NCBI GenBank assembly: GCA_050247635.1
Contig: JBFWTW010000002.1
Location: 1-37,846 of the forward strand
Source of the DNA: Candidatus Dadabacteria bacterium
GTDB taxonomy: Bacteria > Desulfobacterota_D > UBA1144 > Nemesobacterales > UBA2774
Length of the DNA stretch: 37,846 bases
Direction of reading: 5' to 3'
Shown in pieces: positions 36,976 to 37,846 of this stretch. Both the position numbers and the translations under genes were made by a program. The first letter of the stretch is position 1. Every line of letters begins with the position of its first letter. The notes beneath the pieces are model-generated. The model was not told the origin of the DNA. It was given only the letters and a program-made list of their open reading frames with translations, and made no database searches.

Positions 36976-37846
36976 ATGAGAACTCCCCTCTTCATAGTCC
37001 TGTTTCTTACAGGATTTGTCATCTCCGGCAAAGACGTATCCGCTGTAAACACCGAAAACGTCTATTCGGAAGAGAAGACATACACCGAGCGGCCCGAGGG
37101 CGGCAACGAGATACTGGCCGTGGACGTTTCCAAGTCGAATCTGCATCTGGATCTCCTCGGCACGGTGGTAAACGGCAACATTTCGAAGGCGCTCGTCAAG
37201 AACCCGGTAACGGGGGAGATAGCCAACTACGTAGCGGGCGAAGTGCTCGACCTTGTCCGCACCGAGACGGTCATGGTCGTCGAGGTCGCCAACTGCGTGG
37301 TGCTGCTCGAAAGGGCGGACGGCATGATCGAGACTATAGAGTGCAACAACAAAATGCCCACGGTGGTCTTCACCGGCCCGGCGGCGCTCGCCAAATACAG
37401 GATAGTCCGCCCCGGCGAAAAGGAAGACAAGCTCGCGCTTTCGTCGAACTTCCCCTCGGATTACGACAACGAGATATTCGCCACCAGCGTAAAGCACGAC
37501 GTCGACCCGTATCTCGTTAAGGCAGTCATAAAGGCCGAATCCAACTTCGACCCGAACGCGATCTCGTCCAAGAACGCCCAGGGCATGATGCAGCTCATCC
37601 CAGCGACGGCCAGCGATTACGGTGTGAACGACCCGTTCGACCCGGTCGCAAACATCGAAGGCGGGGTAAGGTACCTGAAAGACCTCATGGAATATTTCGA
37701 CGGGGACATGAAGCTCTCGCTCGCGGCATACAACGCCGGCAAGGGGTCGGTCATAAAGCACGGATTCACCATCCCGCCCTACCCCGAAACGACGGACTAC
37801 ATAACGAAGGTTCTCGGGTACTACAAGATAATGAAGGCGAAGAATT
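36976..37846 (+). CDS. Exported lytic transglycosylase (SLT/GH23 domain) with an N-terminal GspC/PilP-like beta domain; 3' end outside the window
   Basis: Absent from the ORF track because no stop occurs before the window end. ATG at 36976. Signal peptide MRTPLFIVLFLTGFVISGKDVSA. SLT motifs DPYLVKAVIKAESNFDPNAISSKNAQGMMQLIPATA (catalytic Glu in AES) and LAAYNAGKG. The listed minus ORF 36763-37761 is its codon-aligned mirror. Confidence 0.85.
   Translation, partial: MRTPLFIVLFLTGFVISGKDVSAVNTENVYSEEKTYTERPEGGNEILAVDVSKSNLHLDLLGTVVNGNISKALVKNPVTGEIANYVAGEVLDLVRTETVMVVEVANCVVLLERADGMIETIECNNKMPTVVFTGPAALAKYRIVRPGEKEDKLALSSNFPSDYDNEIFATSVKHDVDPYLVKAVIKAESNFDPNAISSKNAQGMMQLIPATASDYGVNDPFDPVANIEGGVRYLKDLMEYFDGDMKLSLAAYNAGKGSVIKHGFTIPPYPETTDYITKVLGYYKIMKAKN

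Noticed and set aside
1-37846. Window-wide look for CRISPR arrays, tRNA/rRNA genes, transposases, phage integrase cassettes and toxin-antitoxin pairs.
   Set aside because: I saw no regularly spaced direct repeats, no tRNA-like T-loop or acceptor features in the intergenic gaps, and no transposase-like ORFs. The only recombinase is the housekeeping XerC next to hslVU.

Overview
This is a bacterial chromosomal window, almost fully coding and moderately GC-rich by eye, with a strong preference for CTC, GAG, AAG, ATA and AGG codons. It consists mostly of core housekeeping operons. In order, it contains: the tail of a surface-polysaccharide cluster (SGNH hydrolase fragment, Wzx-type flippase, GT4 glycosyltransferase); two small orphan ORFs; a secreted 10xLysM-NlpC/P60 wall hydrolase; xerC-hslV-hslU; a chlorite-dismutase/HemQ-family gene; argB-argD-argF; a small exported protein; a zinc-finger-less ClpX paralogue translationally coupled to rimO; cofD-cofG-cofH (FO/F420 synthesis); a PpiD-like chaperone; a 1008-aa receiver-like/DUF4388-like/acidic/J-domain/TPR protein; smc; secA; an orphan MoxR ATPase with a small membrane protein; pterin, folate and thiamine genes (PCD, folK, folD, thiD); a Cys-less DUF35 OB-fold protein; and a 3'-truncated lytic transglycosylase that is missing from the supplied ORF track because it runs off the window. 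I found no rRNA, tRNA, CRISPR array, transposase or recognisable defence system, and I see no clear-cut novel multi-gene system, so every functional idea below is a hypothesis to test. The least ordinary items are: (1) a 362-bp ORF-free gap between convergent folK and folD, carrying an inverted pair of perfect DnaA-box 9-mers, stacked hairpins and a bracketing ~20-nt direct repeat; (2) the giant multi-domain J-protein between the PpiD-like gene and smc/secA; and (3) the ZBD-less ClpX paralogue overlapping rimO. The many long antisense ORFs in the track are mirror-frame artefacts.
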